64,000 bases of DNA from an uncultured Lactobacillus sp. (GCA_945873395.1 CAMCCW010000001.1:22467-86466); one strand, 5' to 3'; counted from the first letter of the stretch, positions 8,582 to 18,084 are shown. Program-made: numbers and translations. Notes: generated from the letters alone by a model not told the origin.

Positions 8582-11119
8582 ATGACAGAAAGCAAGCGAT
8601 TGTTGGATACCTTCCAACCAGAACACTATGACCTCTACCTCGATATCGACCGGGGCAAGAAGACAATCAGCGGCAAGACGACCATCACCGGTCACGCCGA
8701 CCAAAACCAGATCGCCGTTAATCAGAAGTATCTGCAGGTAAATAGCGTCAAGGTTGCTGGCCAGGACGTGCCGTTTACCACCGATGACCAGGCGGAAACG
8801 ATTAACATCACCCTTCCGCAAGCCGGCGCGGTCACGCTAATCATCGACTACACCGCACCCCTGACCGACACCATGATGGGAATCTACCCATCCTACTACG
8901 AAGTCAACGGAGAAAAGAAGCAGCTGATTGGGACCCAGTTTGAAACCACCGCAGCTCGACAGGCCTTCCCAAGCGTCGACGAGCCGGCCGCCAAGGCTAC
9001 CTTTAGTCTCGCCATCAAGTTCGATGAACACCCTGGCGAAACCATTATTGCTAACATGCCCGAGGATCACGTCGAAAATGGTGTCCACTACTTCCAGGAA
9101 ACGGTACGGATGTCCACCTACCTGGTTGCCTTTGCCTTTGGTAAGATGCAGAGTAAGCTGACGGAAACCAAGTCCGGCGTCAAGGTCGGCGTTTTCGCCA
9201 CTAAGGCCCACCAACCAAAAGAGCTCGACTTCGCCCTCGACATCGCCAAGCGGGCCATCGAGTTCTACGAGGACTTCTATCAAACCCCATATCCGCTGCC
9301 GCACTCATGGCAGTTGGCCTTGCCTGACTTCTCAGCCGGCGCTATGGAAAACTGGGGGCTGGTAACCTACCGGGAAGCCTACCTCCTGCTCGATCCTGAT
9401 AACACCTCCTTGGACATGAAGCAATTAGTTGCCACCGTGATCACCCACGAACTGGCTCACCAGTGGTTCGGTGACCTGGTTACGATGAACTGGTGGGACG
9501 ACCTCTGGCTCAACGAGAGCTTTGCTAACATGATGGAATACGTCTCCGTCGACGCCATTCACCCCGACTGGCACATCTGGGAGCTCTTCCAGACTACGGA
9601 AGCTCCAATGGCCCTGCAGCGGGATGCCACGGATGGTGTTCAGCCGGTTCACGTCGCCGTTAACAATCCGGCCGAGATCGACTCCATCTTTGACTCCGCG
9701 ATCGTCTACGCTAAAGGTTCCCGGATGCTGGTCATGGTCCGGGCACTGCTCGGTGACAACGCCCTGCGCAAGGGATTGAAGAACTACTTTACTGCCCATA
9801 AGTATCACAACGCTAAGGGAAGCGACCTCTGGCAGGCCCTCGGTGAAGCTTCCGGACTGGACATCGGTAAGATCATGAACTCCTGGCTGGAGCAGCCTGG
9901 TTACCCAGTGGTCACGGCTGCCGTCGATGACCAGGGTCAGCTCGTGCTCAACCAGAAGCAGTTCTTCATCGGTGACGGGGTCGACCAGGGCCGGACCTGG
10001 CAGATTCCGTTGAACAGTAACTACGACGCCGTACCGCAGATTATGACTGACAAGCAGGTAGTCCTCGGCGACTACCAGGAACTGCGAGCCAAGAATGGTC
10101 AGCCATTCCGGCTCAACGTTGGGAACAACTCCCACTTCATCGTCAAGTACGATGACACCCTGTTGAAGGACATCCTCAACAGCGCCGACCGGCTGGACCC
10201 AATCAGCCAGCGGCAACTGCTCCAGGACCTGCGCCTGCTTGCGGAAGGTCAGCAAGTTTCCTACGCCGACCTGGTACCGCTACTGAAGCGATTTGCTAAC
10301 AGCCCATCAGCTATTGTCAACGCTGAGCTCTACCACATCGCTAACAACCTGAAGATGTTTGTCCAGCCCGGTAGTCCGGAAGAGCAGGAGCTGCGCGAAT
10401 TCTTCGATCAGCTGAGTAAACAAGCTGTGGCCCGGCTCGGCTGGCTCCCTAAGCAGGGCGAGAGCAACGATGACCAGCTGACCCGGCCATACGTCCTCAA
10501 CGCCTCCCTATACGCCCACAATGCCGATTCAATTGCGGCCGCTCACCAGATCTTTAACGACTATCAGGACCGGCTGGAGCAACTATCCGCCGATGTCCGG
10601 GGATTGGTACTCAAGAGTGAAGTCCAAAACTACGGCACTGCTAAGCTGTTTGATAAGTTGATCAAGGCCTACCAGGATACCGCCGACGCCAGCTTTAAGC
10701 AGGACATCCGCGGGGCATTGCCAAACACAACTGACCCGGCAACGATCAAGAAGATCATTGGTCTCTACGAAAACGCCAGTGTCATCAAGCCACAGGATCT
10801 GCGGGCCTGGTACCGCGGCGTGCTCGCCAACGATGCCGGCCAGCAGGCAGCCTGGGATTGGTTGCGGACCGACTGGCAGTGGCTCAACGACACGGTCGGT
10901 GGTGACATGGAGTTTGCCACCTTCATCACTGTCACCGCGGGCGTCTTTCACACACCGGAACGCCTAGCCGAGTTCAAAGAATTCTTTGAACCAAAGATCA
11001 ACACACCGGGATTGACGCGGGAGATCAAGATGGACATCAAGATCATCGAGAGTAAGGTCGCCTTGATCAATTCTGAGAAGACGGCCGTTAACGCAACAAT
11101 TGCTAAGAGCTTAGACTAA
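8582..11119 (+). CDS. pepN: Aminopeptidase N (M1 family)
   Basis: GAMENWG exopeptidase motif and HELAHQWFGD...WLNESFA zinc motif. ATG at 8582 is preferred to the GTG at 8570. Confidence 0.92.
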   Translation: MTESKRLLDTFQPEHYDLYLDIDRGKKTISGKTTITGHADQNQIAVNQKYLQVNSVKVAGQDVPFTTDDQAETINITLPQAGAVTLIIDYTAPLTDTMMGIYPSYYEVNGEKKQLIGTQFETTAARQAFPSVDEPAAKATFSLAIKFDEHPGETIIANMPEDHVENGVHYFQETVRMSTYLVAFAFGKMQSKLTETKSGVKVGVFATKAHQPKELDFALDIAKRAIEFYEDFYQTPYPLPHSWQLALPDFSAGAMENWGLVTYREAYLLLDPDNTSLDMKQLVATVITHELAHQWFGDLVTMNWWDDLWLNESFANMMEYVSVDAIHPDWHIWELFQTTEAPMALQRDATDGVQPVHVAVNNPAEIDSIFDSAIVYAKGSRMLVMVRALLGDNALRKGLKNYFTAHKYHNAKGSDLWQALGEASGLDIGKIMNSWLEQPGYPVVTAAVDDQGQLVLNQKQFFIGDGVDQGRTWQIPLNSNYDAVPQIMTDKQVVLGDYQELRAKNGQPFRLNVGNNSHFIVKYDDTLLKDILNSADRLDPISQRQLLQDLRLLAEGQQVSYADLVPLLKRFANSPSAIVNAELYHIANNLKMFVQPGSPEEQELREFFDQLSKQAVARLGWLPKQGESNDDQLTRPYVLNASLYAHNADSIAAAHQIFNDYQDRLEQLSADVRGLVLKSEVQNYGTAKLFDKLIKAYQDTADASFKQDIRGALPNTTDPATIKKIIGLYENASVIKPQDLRAWYRGVLANDAGQQAAWDWLRTDWQWLNDTVGGDMEFATFITVTAGVFHTPERLAEFKEFFEPKINTPGLTREIKMDIKIIESKVALINSEKTAVNATIAKSLD

Positions 11120-11131
11120 TATAAACACGAA

Positions 11132-11169
11132 ACGTCCCTAGACTATTCCCGGTCCAGGGACGTTTTTTG
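11132..11169 (+). terminator. pepN intrinsic terminator
   Basis: ACGTCCCTAGAC...GTCCAGGGACGT stem followed by TTTTTT. Confidence 0.8.
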
Positions 11170-11363
11170 ATTAAAATTGATCCATTATCAGCTGCTCTTC
11201 TAATAATTAGATCCGTACACGCTTTTTATAACTATATAACCGCTATTCAGGAATGTACTCTTATAAAGTTATTAGTTCATCCAAAGAAAAATTAATTCTG
11301 TCATAATTTAACAAAGATAATCTTAAAGGTCTTGTTCAGCAACCCGTTTTATGTTGTATAATT

Positions 11364-11392
11364 AATTTTGTAGGTATAGCGCTTACAAAATT
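11364..11392. promoter_or_regulatory. Perfect 9-bp inverted repeat (possible operator, half cre-like) just downstream of a TATAAT box in front of gldA
   Basis: AATTTTGTA-N11-TACAAAATT lies directly after TATAAT (11357-11362). The inner GTATAGCGCTTACA matches the right half of the CcpA cre consensus TGWAANCGNTNWCA. Confidence 0.35.
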
Positions 11393-11414
11393 AACATATT
11401 GGAGGTCTGTTGTT

Positions 11415-12518
11415 ATGATTAAGGAATTTGCTTCTCCATCGTCATATGTTCAAGGCAAGGGCGTGCTCTTAAAGAGTGACCCATATCTGAAGGGCTTTGG
11501 CAAGAAACCGCTGCTGCTGACGGACGACAGTGTCTACAAGATTGTCGGTCAAAAGCTAGAAGGTTACCTGAAGGACAACGGTTATGATGTCGACCTTGTT
11601 AAGTTCAATGGTGAATCTTCCACCAACGAGATTGATCGGGTCACTGCCATCGGTAAGCAAGACGGAGTCACCGTCATCTACGGCCTTGGTGGCGGAAAGA
11701 CCAGTGACTCCGCTAAGGCGATTGCGGACAACCTGGGACTGCCAGTGGTAATTATGCCAACGCTGGCCTCAACTGATGCACCATGTTCCCGGCTATCAGT
11801 AATCTACACTGATGACGGCAGCTTCGACCACTACCGTTTCTACTCTCACAATCCTGACCTGGTCCTAGTCGACAGTCAGATTGTTGCCAATGCTCCAGTT
11901 AACCTGTTGATTGCCGGGATTGCCGACGCCCTGGCCACCAACGTCGAGGCCCAGGCGGTTGCCCAAGCCGGTGCCGACACGATGCTGAACGAGAAGCAGA
12001 CCTTAGTTGGTAACGCCATCGCTCAGAAGTGTGAAGACACCCTCTTCAAGTACGCTCATCTGGCCGTAGCCGACGTCAAGAAGCACGTCGTTACCAGCGC
12101 CCTGGAGAAGATTATCGAGGCCAACACCCTGATGAGTGGCCTCGGTTTCGAAAGTGGTGGTCTCTCCGGTGCCCATGCCATTCACGATGGCCTGACTACG
12201 CTTGAGGAAACCCACTCCCTGTCACACGGGCAGAAGGTTGCTTACGGAACCCTGACCCAGCTGATGCTTGAAGGAGCTAGCCAAGAACGTTACAACAAGT
12301 ACTTCCAGCTGATCCTTTCTCTGGGTCTGCCAACCACGCTTGATGACCTTCATCTTGCCGATGCCTCCGATGAGGAGTTGCTGTCCGCTGCCAAGGCGGC
12401 TTGCTCCGAAAATGACACCATCGGCCGATTGCCATTCAAGGTTGAGCCAGATGATGTTGCCCAGGCATTCCGGGCCGTGGACTCCTACACCAAGGACTAC
12501 CTAGCCGCTCATAAGTAA
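11415..12518 (+). CDS. gldA: Glycerol dehydrogenase (iron-containing ADH family)
   Basis: 367 aa with the GLGGGKTSDSAK nucleotide-binding motif and a conserved His cluster (GAHAIHDG...HG). SD is GGAGG. Confidence 0.88.
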   Translation: MIKEFASPSSYVQGKGVLLKSDPYLKGFGKKPLLLTDDSVYKIVGQKLEGYLKDNGYDVDLVKFNGESSTNEIDRVTAIGKQDGVTVIYGLGGGKTSDSAKAIADNLGLPVVIMPTLASTDAPCSRLSVIYTDDGSFDHYRFYSHNPDLVLVDSQIVANAPVNLLIAGIADALATNVEAQAVAQAGADTMLNEKQTLVGNAIAQKCEDTLFKYAHLAVADVKKHVVTSALEKIIEANTLMSGLGFESGGLSGAHAIHDGLTTLEETHSLSHGQKVAYGTLTQLMLEGASQERYNKYFQLILSLGLPTTLDDLHLADASDEELLSAAKAACSENDTIGRLPFKVEPDDVAQAFRAVDSYTKDYLAAHK

Positions 12519-12540
12519 ATCGCTAGCCACCATAATTTAA

Positions 12541-12665
12541 CTCCGCATAATAAAAGGGAGCGAGACAGAAGTCGTTTACGACTTCGTCTTCGAGCCCCCG
12601 CGAGCACAAATAGAGGTCCAGAGTTCGGCTTTGCCGGACTTTGGACCTCATTTGTGTACCGCGTA
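12541..12665. repeat. Highly structured intergenic element (nested long hairpins) between convergent gldA and amidase genes
   Basis: Hairpin GAAGTCG-ttta-CGACTTC (12564-12588), then a ~24-bp stem CACAAATAGAGGTCCAGAGTTCGGC-ttt-GCCGGACTTTGGACCTCATTTGTG (12605-12656), closed by CGCG/CGCG. Confidence 0.4.
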
Positions 12666-12713
12666 GTTTGCTTTTAAGCTATATAAGGGGACTTATGTCA
12701 CAGCCCCTTTATC

Positions 12714-13493
12714 TTATTTCCCCGCCAAGTCGTTAGCCAGGTCCTGCTTGCTGACGCCGTAGCGGATGAGGTATTCATAGGGATCCTGGTGGTCACCCCA
12801 GATGTGCTGGCTGACCCAGCGGTGGCTCTTGATGCCGTCACTACCCGTACTCCCCTGGTCAAGAGTTAGGGGGATCCCGTACTTACCGGCCATGTCCCGG
12901 GCCAAAGCTACGTAGGCCTGGTAGTCATCCCGGAACATACTGCGGCTGCTGGCGTGGCCGAGCTCGATCTGAACAGGGGCATTCTGGTTAGCGGTTACCC
13001 CGGCACCCCAGGAGACAATCCCCGGACGCTTCATCTGGTAGACTGTCCCGCCGTCGCCGACAATAAAGTTGGTGTAGGCCTGGTTACTGTTGGCCGTCCG
13101 CTGCATGAAGCTAGCCGCTTGTCGACCATTGGCCCGGCTACCAACATCATGCAGGATAATGTACCTTGAACTAGCCGGCTGACTGGTGCCCTGGTCATCA
13201 GAGAGCTGGTACTGATAATTGATCCGGTAGGGTAGAACCTGCTTCCCATCGCGGGCGAAGTGGTAAGTGACCCCGTTGATCTGGCGGGTCCCGGTTACCT
13301 TATGGCCGCCCTGGACAAATGCCCAGTCTCGACCATCGTAATACCAACCGTTACGTAGGAAGAAATGCTGGCGGAGGGTCGCCGATGAAACGTAGTGAAC
13401 GCCCCGTCCCGGAATCATCAGAATTGCTAGCATAATGATTGCTAGGGTAGTGACAATACAGGTTAGAATTAAAATCAGTGGTCGTTTCTGCAT
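12714..13493 (-). CDS. N-acetylmuramoyl-L-alanine amidase (amidase_2/PGRP type) with N-terminal membrane anchor
   Basis: 259 aa with an N-terminal TM segment and one cell-wall-binding-like repeat (GWYYDGRDWAFVQGGHKVTG). The amidase_2-like core is IILHDVG...VSWGAG...IELGH. Confidence 0.75.
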   Translation of the reverse strand: MQKRPLILILTCIVTTLAIIMLAILMIPGRGVHYVSSATLRQHFFLRNGWYYDGRDWAFVQGGHKVTGTRQINGVTYHFARDGKQVLPYRINYQYQLSDDQGTSQPASSRYIILHDVGSRANGRQAASFMQRTANSNQAYTNFIVGDGGTVYQMKRPGIVSWGAGVTANQNAPVQIELGHASSRSMFRDDYQAYVALARDMAGKYGIPLTLDQGSTGSDGIKSHRWVSQHIWGDHQDPYEYLIRYGVSKQDLANDLAGK

Positions 13494-13634
13494 GGCAAAC
13501 CCTCCTTTTCGAATTCGATTGTCACTATCATACGAAATCCACTGCCAAAAGCAAAATGCTTTGTGCTTTTATGAACGATTCGCATTAATACTCTGCTTAT
13601 AGTTCTTATTTTACTATTATAACGAGTAAATGGG

Positions 13635-13663
13635 TTGCATAATATCCGGTTATATCGTATACT
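13635..13663 (+). promoter_or_regulatory. Candidate promoter of the folT leader
   Basis: TTGCAT (13635-13640), 17-nt spacer, TATACT (13658-13663). Confidence 0.5.
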
Positions 13664-13669
13664 ACCCAC

Positions 13670-13815
13670 TGTTGGGGTAGGAATTGCCGAGTAATTGTTC
13701 GACGGAACGGAATGTGAACGTCGAAAGGAGGTCAAATGGGCCGCTTGGTTTTTCCGCATTCACCACATTGGACACGAGTCAATGTCGTCCCTAACAAAAA
13801 AATATTTAGGGAGGT
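13670..13815 (+). promoter_or_regulatory. Probable THF (tetrahydrofolate) riboswitch with SD-sequestering helix
   Basis: The leader of a folT-type gene has a GGUAG junction and hairpin UUCGACG-GAACGGAAUGUGAA-CGUCGAA. The loop GAAUG can pseudoknot with the downstream CAUUC in CCGCAUUCACC, resembling the GGAUG/CAUCC pseudoknot of the known THF aptamer as I recall it. CCCTAA (13779-13784) can pair with TTAGGG (13805-13810), which overlaps the SD. Confidence 0.45.
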
Positions 13816-13822
13816 TTTGACA

Positions 13823-14374
13823 ATGTCAATTCTATCTTTTTCTGGTCCGCGTTTCACAACTCGTCAGATGACCCTGGCTTCCATGCTGATTGCCCTCCAG
13901 GTGGTCCTCGGGAAGCTCTCGGTCGGGGACCCTGCCGTCGTCAAGGTCGGTCTGGGTTTCATCGCCACCGCCCTGATTGGCTACTTCTTAGGTCCCTGGA
14001 TCGGTGGGCTAGCGATGGTGATCAACGACCTGATCTCTAACACGATCCTGAGCTCGGGCACCCTGTTCTTCCCTGGTTTTACCCTGTCGGCATTTATCTC
14101 TGGGGTGATCGCGGGAATGTTTCTTTATAACCAGAAAGTCACCTGGCAACGGGCCCTGGTCTATGAGTTCTTCCAGATTCTCGTAACCAACGTCATCTTC
14201 ACGACTTTGTGGATCTACCTGATGAGTCTCAGTTCATCAAGTACCGGGCGGACGTTCATGGCCCTGCTGTCGGTTCGGCTTCCTAAGGAGATCATCACCT
14301 GGCCGATCGAAGCCCTGATCGTCTTCGTCATCCTACGCCAGGTTGCCAAGATTGATCTCCGAACGACCAGATAA
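13823..14374 (+). CDS. folT: Folate-family ECF transporter S component
   Basis: 183-aa hydrophobic protein with an ECF S-component pattern (MTLASMLIALQVVLGKL...). Start set at ATG 13823, 8 nt after AGGGAGG. The longer ORF in the track covers the leader. Confidence 0.7.
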   Translation: MSILSFSGPRFTTRQMTLASMLIALQVVLGKLSVGDPAVVKVGLGFIATALIGYFLGPWIGGLAMVINDLISNTILSSGTLFFPGFTLSAFISGVIAGMFLYNQKVTWQRALVYEFFQILVTNVIFTTLWIYLMSLSSSSTGRTFMALLSVRLPKEIITWPIEALIVFVILRQVAKIDLRTTR

Positions 14375-14393
14375 AGTTTTCCTAAAAAAGGAC

Positions 14394-14421
14394 TTGCAAT
14401 TACTTAGAAATAGGTTAGAAT
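14394..14421 (+). promoter_or_regulatory. Candidate promoter of the T-box leader
   Basis: TTGCAA (14394-14399), 16-nt spacer, TAGAAT (14416-14421). Confidence 0.5.
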
Positions 14422-14427
14422 ATCATT

Positions 14428-14716
14428 AAAGATTTCAAAAGCGATGAGAAAGAAGAGTAAATCGCCGCACTCGTTAAGTGAGTCCGTGCTAGTGTGAAAC
14501 GGACCGACCCTGGACGATTGAAAAACACTTTCTCGCAATGCCGCTGACCCAAATGATTTCAATCAGAGTAGGCTCAGCCGTCCCCGGTACGTTACCTCGC
14601 CGGTAGAACATGCACGTGTTCGAAAAGAGTGGCCTAGGCATTTGTCTAGACAACTTGGGTGGTACCGCGGAATAAAGCCTTTCGTCCCTTAGTTGATGGG
14701 GACGAAAGGCTTTTTT
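14428..14716 (+). promoter_or_regulatory. T-box leader, asparagine-specific (AAC specifier), with terminator
   Basis: Stem I base GCGATGAGAAAG/CTTTCTCGC, with AGAGTA and a distal GTCCGT...ACGGAC hairpin. Specifier loop is UUGAAAAACAC, with AAC followed by A. The canonical T-box AACTTGGGTGGTACCGCG lies at 14652-14669. The terminator is AAAGCCTTTCGTCCC...GGGGACGAAAGGCTTTTTT (14674-14716). Confidence 0.85.
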
Positions 14717-14756
14717 ATTTGCTCCCAAATACCGATTTTCTAAAGGAGTGTTATTT

Positions 14757-15767
14757 ATGAGTTTGATTATTCCAAAGGACTACGATCCAAAGTTATCAAT
14801 TCGTGATACTGAAGCAGCAATCCGGTTCATCCGGGAAAACTTCCAAGATGAGTTTGGCCACGAACTCCACCTTCAACGGATGTCTGCACCAATGTTCGTC
14901 GAAAAGGGCACTGGGCTGAACGATAACCTGAACGGGGTCGAAAAGCCAGTCTCTTTCTCCATGCAGGCCATTCCGGACGAAACAATTGAAGTGGTCCACT
15001 CCCTCGCCAAGTGGAAGCGGATGGCCCTTAAGAAGTATGGCTTCGGCATGCACGAAGGTCTCTACACCAACATGAACGCCATTCGAAAGGATGAAGATGT
15101 CGACAACTTCCACTCCATCTACGTTGACCAGTGGGACTGGGAAAAGATCATCGCTAAGGAAGAACGGACTGAGACGACCCTGAAGGCCACTGTTCGCCAG
15201 ATCTTCAAGGTCATCAAGCGGATCGAACGCGAACTCTGGGAACTCTACCCAGACGCCGTTTACCAACTGCCTGATGAAATTCATTTCATTACCACGCAGG
15301 AACTGGAAGATCGCTGGCCAGATCTGACACCAATGGAACGTGAAGACAAGATTGCCAAGGAAATGGGCGCCGTCTTCATCATGAAGATCGGTGATAAGCT
15401 CAAGCGTTCCGGTAAGCCACATGATGGTCGGGCACCAGACTACGACGACTGGCAGCTCAACGGGGACATCATTTTCTGGTACGAACCGCTGCAATGCAAG
15501 CTAGAAATCTCCAGCATGGGGATCCGGGTCAGCGAAGAATCCATGCGTGAACAGCTGAAGAAGGCTGGCGCTGAAGACCGGGCCAAGTTACCATTCCATA
15601 AAATGTTGCTCAACGGCGAATTACCATATACAATTGGTGGAGGAATTGGTCAATCACGGCTTTGCATGCTCCTGCTGGGCAAGGCTCACGTCGGGGAAGT
15701 TCAAGCCAGCGTTTGGCCAGAAGATATGCTGAAGAAATGTGAAGCAGCACATATTCAAATTCTGTAA
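14757..15767 (+). CDS. asnA: Aspartate--ammonia ligase (asparagine synthetase A)
   Basis: Strong resemblance to E. coli AsnA blocks ([36 protein letters not shown]). ATG 14757 follows AAAGGAG. Confidence 0.92.
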   Translation: MSLIIPKDYDPKLSIRDTEAAIRFIRENFQDEFGHELHLQRMSAPMFVEKGTGLNDNLNGVEKPVSFSMQAIPDETIEVVHSLAKWKRMALKKYGFGMHEGLYTNMNAIRKDEDVDNFHSIYVDQWDWEKIIAKEERTETTLKATVRQIFKVIKRIERELWELYPDAVYQLPDEIHFITTQELEDRWPDLTPMEREDKIAKEMGAVFIMKIGDKLKRSGKPHDGRAPDYDDWQLNGDIIFWYEPLQCKLEISSMGIRVSEESMREQLKKAGAEDRAKLPFHKMLLNGELPYTIGGGIGQSRLCMLLLGKAHVGEVQASVWPEDMLKKCEAAHIQIL

Positions 15768-15797
15768 AAATAAACTAGGTTGGGAGAGTATTCAACA

Positions 15798-17096
15798 GTG
15801 GAAACAATTACGATTAGTGAATCACCTAAGCACGTTGGCGAAACCGTTAAAATCGGTGTTTGGCTGACAGACAAGCGGTCTAGTGGTAAGATTGCCTTCC
15901 TGCAACTACGGGATGGCACTGGCTTCTTCCAGGGAATCATCCGGAAGAACGATGTCGACGAAAAGATCTTTGACCTGGCTAAGCACGACCTGCACCAGGA
16001 AACCAGTTTCTACGTTACCGGTGAGATCGCTGAAGATAAGCGGTCCAAGTTCGGCTACGAAATCCACATCAAGGATATCGAAGTCGTTGGGGCAAGCGAA
16101 GACTACCCAATTGGTAACAAGGAACACGGGATCGACTTCCTGCTCGACCACCGTCACCTGTGGCTGCGTTCCCGCAAACCGTGGGCATTAATGCGGATCC
16201 GTAGCCGGGTTAAGCTCGCTACGATGGAATTCTTCGACAAGCACGGCTTCACCCAGTTCGACGCTCCTGAACTGACTGCCAGTGCTCCAGAAGGGACGAC
16301 GGAACTCTTCGACGTGAAGTACTTCGATGACGACGCCTACCTGTCACAGTCTGGTCAGCTCTATGCCGAAGCTGGTGCCATGGCACTTGGTCGGGTCTAC
16401 ACGATGGGCCCAACCTTCCGGGCAGAAAAGTCCAAGACCCGTCGGCACATGACTGAATTCTGGATGATCGAACCTGAAATGGCCTGGATGCACCAGGACG
16501 AAAGTTTGAAGATCCAAGAACAATATGTTGCCTACCTGGTTCAAGACCTGATTGACCACTGTGCAACTGAATTGGAAATGGTTGGTCGTTCCGTGGACAG
16601 CCTGAAGCCATTCACTGAACTGCCATACCCACGGATCACTTACAAGAAGGCTATTGAAATGCTGCAAGAAGGCGGCTTCGACTCCAAGTACGGTGACGAC
16701 TTCGGCTCTCCAGAAGAAACTTACCTGGCCGACCAGTTCAAGAAGCCCGTCTTCATCATGAATTATCCACGGGCCATCAAGGCATTCTACATGCCAACGG
16801 ACCCTGAGGATGACCGGCAAGTTATCTGTGCTGATCTCCTGGCCCCAGAAGGCTATGGTGAAATCATCGGTGGTTCCGAACGTTCCTACGACTACGAATA
16901 CATCACCAACAAGCTGGAAGAAAACGGCCTGAACAAGGAAGACTACGGCTGGTACGATGACCTCCGTAAGTACGGTTCCGTGCCGCACTCCGGTTTCGGG
17001 ATGGGTCTGGAACGGTTCCTGGCCTGGATCACTCTGCAGGACCACATTCGGGAAAACATTCCATTCCCACGGATGCTCAACCGGCTGCGCCCATAA
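15798..17096 (+). CDS. asnS: Asparagine--tRNA ligase
   Basis: Class II aaRS motifs ([15 protein letters not shown]) with an N-terminal OB fold. GTG 15798 after GGGAGAG is preferred (432 aa); the ORF track starts at 15780. Confidence 0.92.
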   Translation: METITISESPKHVGETVKIGVWLTDKRSSGKIAFLQLRDGTGFFQGIIRKNDVDEKIFDLAKHDLHQETSFYVTGEIAEDKRSKFGYEIHIKDIEVVGASEDYPIGNKEHGIDFLLDHRHLWLRSRKPWALMRIRSRVKLATMEFFDKHGFTQFDAPELTASAPEGTTELFDVKYFDDDAYLSQSGQLYAEAGAMALGRVYTMGPTFRAEKSKTRRHMTEFWMIEPEMAWMHQDESLKIQEQYVAYLVQDLIDHCATELEMVGRSVDSLKPFTELPYPRITYKKAIEMLQEGGFDSKYGDDFGSPEETYLADQFKKPVFIMNYPRAIKAFYMPTDPEDDRQVICADLLAPEGYGEIIGGSERSYDYEYITNKLEENGLNKEDYGWYDDLRKYGSVPHSGFGMGLERFLAWITLQDHIRENIPFPRMLNRLRP

Positions 17097-17119
17097 TAAA
17101 CTAATTTAGCAAATTACGA

Positions 17120-17167
17120 ATCCCCCGCAAAATGCGCATTTTAACATTTTGCGGGGGATCTTTTTTG
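17120..17167 (+). terminator. asnS intrinsic terminator
   Basis: ATCCCCCGCAAAATG...CATTTTGCGGGGGAT 15-bp stem followed by TTTTTT. Confidence 0.85.
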
Positions 17168-17478
17168 ACCATAATCTCCAAAAACGCTTTTTTCAAAGTT
17201 TTCATGATGCTTTCATAGTAGCTATTGCTCCAAAACGGCATTTTCGAAGAATAGGGCAAGACGTAATCGTTAAAACGTGACTGAACTTGAATTTCTAATC
17301 GATACTGGCGCAATCAAACTCATATCCAAGAAGCCGAAACAATATGAGATTCTTATTATCTATTTATCGTAGTGGTAACCATTCTTACGTTATTCTTAAC
17401 CACTTCAAAGCATTAATTCAATTATGAACCTGATATAATTAATACTAAAGAAAACTAAATTTTACAGGAGGATCGAAT

Positions 17479-18033
17479 ATGACGAAACCAAGTTCACTGA
17501 AGTCGCGCTTAGTTCGTATGATGGCCGTTACCGTTCTGACCACCAGCGCCATTGGTGGTATCAGTTTCGCCATCAACTCAACCAACGTTAGTGCGGCCCG
17601 AGCCACGACCGCAGACATCAAGCTCAACCAAGAGCAGGCCGTCAAGAGGTTCCATCAGCAGTTCAAGGATGCCCAAGTAACCGAGATCACGCTGGAGCCA
17701 AAGGGCAGCCGGTACCAGTACCAGATCGACGGCTTCGACAAAGATCAAGAATACACTGCAGCGATCAATGCCAAGACTGGCAAGATCAGGTGGAGCCACT
17801 CGACCAAGCTTGACCATGACGATAAATACTACGCCCTCGACCTGGATAAGACGATTAGTCGTCAAGACGCCACTAAGCTAGCCGAAAGTGAGGCCCAGCA
17901 AGGTAAGGCGAAAAAATGGAAGCTAGAAAACGATGAGGGCCAACAAGTCTGGGAGGTGGACGTGATCGATGGCCACCACACCACGGAGGTTAAGATCAAC
18001 GCCCTCACCAAGGACATCATCAACGATAACTAA
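17479..18033 (+). CDS. Secreted PepSY-domain protein
   Basis: 184 aa with an N-terminal signal/anchor and two PepSY-like repeats (...YQYQIDGFDKDQEYTAAINAKTGKI... and ...VWEVDVIDGHHTTEVKINALTKDII). Confidence 0.7.
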   Translation: MTKPSSLKSRLVRMMAVTVLTTSAIGGISFAINSTNVSAARATTADIKLNQEQAVKRFHQQFKDAQVTEITLEPKGSRYQYQIDGFDKDQEYTAAINAKTGKIRWSHSTKLDHDDKYYALDLDKTISRQDATKLAESEAQQGKAKKWKLENDEGQQVWEVDVIDGHHTTEVKINALTKDIINDN

Positions 18034-18084
18034 AATAAGCGCCCCGGACAGCTGAAATATTCAGTTGCCTGAGGCGCTTATTTT
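18034..18084. terminator. Bidirectional terminator between convergent genes
   Basis: AATAAGCGCC...GGCGCTTATT stem with flanking A and T runs. Confidence 0.8.

Noticed and set aside
9425-10255. 276-aa ORF on the minus strand
   Set aside because: It is antisense to pepN. The same reasoning applies to 8837-9304 and 10583-10951.
13475-13759. 94-aa minus-strand ORF, and the N-terminal extension of the 13736-14374 ORF
   Set aside because: Both cover the promoter and riboswitch leader of folT. The real folT start is the ATG at 13823, which has a good SD.
14489-14728. 79-aa minus-strand ORF
   Set aside because: It lies wholly inside the T-box leader and covers the conserved T-box sequence and terminator.
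14796-17045. 232-aa and 233-aa minus-strand ORFs (14796-15494 and 16344-17045)
   Set aside because: They are antisense shadows of asnA and asnS, both of which have unmistakable family motifs on the plus strand.
17101-17313. 70-aa minus-strand ORF downstream of asnS (possible gene remnant, ...FNDYVLPYSSKMPFWSNSYYESIMKTLKK...)
   Set aside because: Its 3' third runs through the asnS terminator hairpin. It starts at a TTG right after in-frame stops with no SD, and I recognise no family. A decayed gene fragment cannot be excluded, but nothing supports it.
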